This document shows, piece after piece, positions 44,937 through 47,284 of a DNA stretch of 47,284 nt. The position numbers were made by a program, and so were the translations under genes. The notes beneath the pieces were generated by a model. The model was not told where the DNA came from, searched no databases, and saw only the letters and a list, made by a program, of their open reading frames with translations. Source of the stretch: Fimicolochytrium jonesii (lineage: Eukaryota); contig NW_026515669.1 of the NCBI RefSeq assembly GCF_025526975.1, forward strand, positions 2,108,001 through 2,155,284, given 5' to 3'. Position 1 is the first letter of the stretch; each line of letters starts with the position of its first letter.

Positions 44937-45509
44937 ACAAGACCCCCTGGGTTGGGTTTTATTATTGGGTTGCCTGGAACCCTAGGGACTTAGAAATTTT
45001 CGAGTTTTCTGGCTTTTGGGTGTGTTCTACAGTTCGAATTTTTGACTCTGAGGGAGGTAGTGGCGGGGGGTATTGCGCACCTAGGCAAGTCGGGGAGGAC
45101 TAGGTGTGCAAGGGCAAGTGATGGGTCATATGGGCGGTGGTGCGGGTACGGGGGGGGGGGGTTGATATAAAGGGGACATATATGTTATATATACGTTATA
45201 GGACTTGTGCAAATTGGGATTTTTCTAGTGCCGATCCGGAGTTGGCGTCCTAATTGAAAAGTTGGCCCCATATCATATTCTCTAATTGAAGTACTCTCGG
45301 ATTGGCAATCCGTGCGGAAACGGCTTCAGAAACTTAGAAAAACGAAATTTTCACGCGACGGGGGGTAAAAAGTTGGAAAATGTGGTGATATCTCAACATC
45401 TGGCTGACTATCCAGTGTAGGGCACTTAATGAAAGTTGATTGTAGCCTATGGTTTGCATAGCTGATGTGGTAGCAAATCTTGTGTAACCTTGCTTTTGGC
45501 TGAAGAACA
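44937..45509 (-). mobile_element. Element A, copy 3 (3'-terminal ~570 bp only)
   Basis: Same proximal junction; truncated at ctgaagaacaggg. Confidence 0.85.
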
Positions 45510-45545
45510 GGGTTAGGGTTAGGGGTTAGGGTTAGGGTTAGGGTT
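45510..45545 (+). repeat. Telomeric array 5 (contains a TTAGGGG variant)
   Basis: gggttagggttaggggttagggttagggttagggtt. Confidence 0.95.
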
Positions 45546-45799
45546 ACAGGACTGTTCCCGGTTATGGGTTATTTTTGGCCATCCAAAAAGTGTCAAATAA
45601 AGTTGCTAGCAATGTTCAGGGGCATCTTACTGTAATGTGCTTCAAATCTTGGGGCATGTTTTCCACTCAATGCCCCGGGAAAATCTGTTTTTCCGATTTT
45701 TTACTATGAAAATATTGCCAAAATGCATTTTCTGAAACTCTGAGTGGATGGATTTCGCTTAAAGTGAGATATGTCTCAGAAAACATCCCCAAAAACATC
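45546..45799 (-). mobile_element. Element B, copy 2 (~254 bp)
   Basis: Matches 44106..44359; truncated at aaaaacatct. Confidence 0.85.
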
Positions 45800-46075
45800 T
45801 TAGGGTTAGGGTTAGGTTAGGGTTAGGGTTAGGGTTAGGGTTAGGGTTAGGGTTAGGGTTAGGGTTAGGGTTAGGGTTAGGGTTAGGGTTAGGGTTAGGG
45901 TTAGGGTTAGGGTTAGGGTTAGGGTTAGGGTTAGGGTTAGGGTTAGGGTTAGGGTTAGGGTTAGGGTTAGGGTTAGGGTTAGGGTTAGGGTTAGGGTTAG
46001 GGTTAGGGTTAGGGTTAGGGTTAGGGTTAGGGTTAGGTTAGGGTTAGGGTTAGGGTTAGGGTTAGGGTTAGGGTT
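45800..46075 (+). repeat. Telomeric array 6
   Basis: About 46 units with two TTAGG variants. Confidence 0.98.
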
Positions 46076-46651
46076 ACAAGACCCCCTGGGTTGGGTTTTA
46101 TTATTGGGTTGCCTGGAACCCTAGGGACTTAGAAATTTTCGAGTTTTCTGGCTTTTGGGTGTGTTCTACAGTTCGAATTTTTGACTCTGAGGGAGGTAGT
46201 GGCGGGGGGTATTGCGCACCTAGGCAAGTCGGGGAGGACTAGGTGTGCAAGGGCAAGTGATGGGTCATATGGGCGGTGGGTGCGGGGGTACGGGGGGGGG
46301 GGGGTTGATATAAAGGGGACATATATGTTATATATACGTTATAGGACTTGTGCAAATTGGGATTTTTCTAGTGCCGATCCGGAGTTGGCGTCCTAATTGA
46401 AAAGTTGGCCCCATATCATATTCTCTAATTGAAGTACTCTCGGATTGGCAATCCGTGCGGAAACGGCTTCAGAAACTTAGAAAAACGAAATTTTCACGCG
46501 ACGGGGGGTAAAAGTTGGAAAATGTGGTGATATCTCAACATCTGGCTGACTATCCAGTGTAGGGCACTTAATGAAAGTTGATTGTAGCCTATGGTTTGCA
46601 TAGCTGATGTGGTAGCAAATCTTGTGTAACCTTGCTTTTGGCTGAAGAACA
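46076..46651 (-). mobile_element. Element A, copy 4 (same truncation as copy 3)
   Basis: Near-identical to 44937..45509. Confidence 0.85.
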
Positions 46652-46687
46652 GGGTTAGGGTTAGGGGTTAGGGTTAGGGTTAGGGTT
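46652..46687 (+). repeat. Telomeric array 7 (identical to array 5)
   Basis: Same length and same TTAGGGG variant as 45510..45545. Confidence 0.95.
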
Positions 46688-46918
46688 ACAGGACTGTTCC
46701 CGGTTATGGGTTATTTTTGGCCATCCAAAAAGTGTCAAATAAAGTTGCTAGCAATGTTCAGGGGCATCTTACTGTAATGTGCTTCAAATCTTGGGGCATG
46801 TTTTCCACTCAATGCCCCGGGAAAATCTGTTTTTCCGATTTTTTACTATGAAAATATTGCCAAAATGCATTTTCTGAAACTCTGAGTGGATGGATTTCGC
46901 TTAAAGTGAGATATGTCT
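46688..46918 (-). mobile_element. Element B, copy 3 (~231 bp)
   Basis: Truncated at gagatatgtct. Confidence 0.85.
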
Positions 46919-47284
46919 GGGTTAGGGTTAGGGTTTAGGGGTTAGGGTTAGGGTTAGGGTTAGGGTTAGGGTTAGGGTTAGGGTTAGGGTTAGGGTTAGG
47001 GTTAGGGTTAGGGTTAGGGTTAGGGTTAGGGTTAGGGTTAGGGTTAGGGTTAGGGTTAGGGTTAGGGTTAGGGTTAGGGTTAGGGTTAGGGTTAGGGTTA
47101 GGGTTAGGGTTAGGGTTAGGGTTAGGGTTAGGGTTAGGGTTAGGGTTAGGGTTAGGGTTAGGGTTAGGGTTAGGGTTAGGGTTAGGGTTAGGGTTAGGGT
47201 TAGGGTTAGGGTTAGGGTTAGGGTTAGGGTTAGGGGGTTAGGGTTAGGGTTAGGGTTAGGGTTAGGGTTAGGGTTAGGGTTAGG
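46919..47284 (+). repeat. Terminal telomere (TTAGGG)n
   Basis: The G-rich strand runs 5'->3' to the end of the window; about 60 units. Confidence 0.99.

Noticed and set aside
40015..46918. Hammerhead ribozyme expected in Penelope-like elements
   Set aside because: By eye there is no CTGANGA core on the inferred sense (minus) strand, and the plus-strand CTGAAGA at ~40607 lacks a following stem and GAAA. A covariance-model search is still worthwhile.
39691..47284. CRISPR-like repeat-spacer array
   Set aside because: The repeats are telomeric hexamers of variable length and the inserts are long repeated elements; the context is eukaryotic.

Overview
This window is the right-hand end of a eukaryotic chromosome with (TTAGGG)n telomeres. 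Short GT-AG introns and the gene families suggest a fungus, possibly early-diverging or chytrid-like (inference). It has three zones. (1) From 1 to ~39.7 kb the subtelomere mixes spliced secreted or membrane genes with intronless virus-like genes. The spliced genes include a head-to-head pair of signal-peptide AIG1/GIMAP GTPases and GPI- or TM-anchored Cys-rich proteins. An intronless YeeR-like protein of apparent bacterial origin also lies here. (2) The central virus-like gene is an intact ~1070-aa AEP primase/Zn-finger/D5-type SF3 helicase/winged-helix fusion (14.3-17.6 kb). Directly upstream are two copies of a ~320-bp dyad-symmetric module, each with 12 TACCAG/CTGGTA boxes around an AT-rich centre, which looks like a replication origin paired with its initiator. 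Small gene families (NUMOD1-like HTH, F-box-like, T5orf172/GIY-YIG, DUF5760-like and one unknown family) occur as shuffled paralogues, with giant-virus-like promoter and hairpin signals. No capsid, DNA polymerase, integrase or reverse transcriptase is recognisable. (3) From 39.7 to 47.3 kb the telomere is interrupted by seven co-oriented copies of two elements, A and B. Each has a fixed GGGTT|ACA(A/G)GAC proximal junction and a variable distal truncation capped by new telomere repeats. This is the pattern of telomere-primed retrotransposition (Penelope-like Athena/Coprina, or HeT-A-like), but the only clear ORF is a Zn-ribbon protein rather than an RT. All family assignments come from motif recognition by eye; no searches were run.
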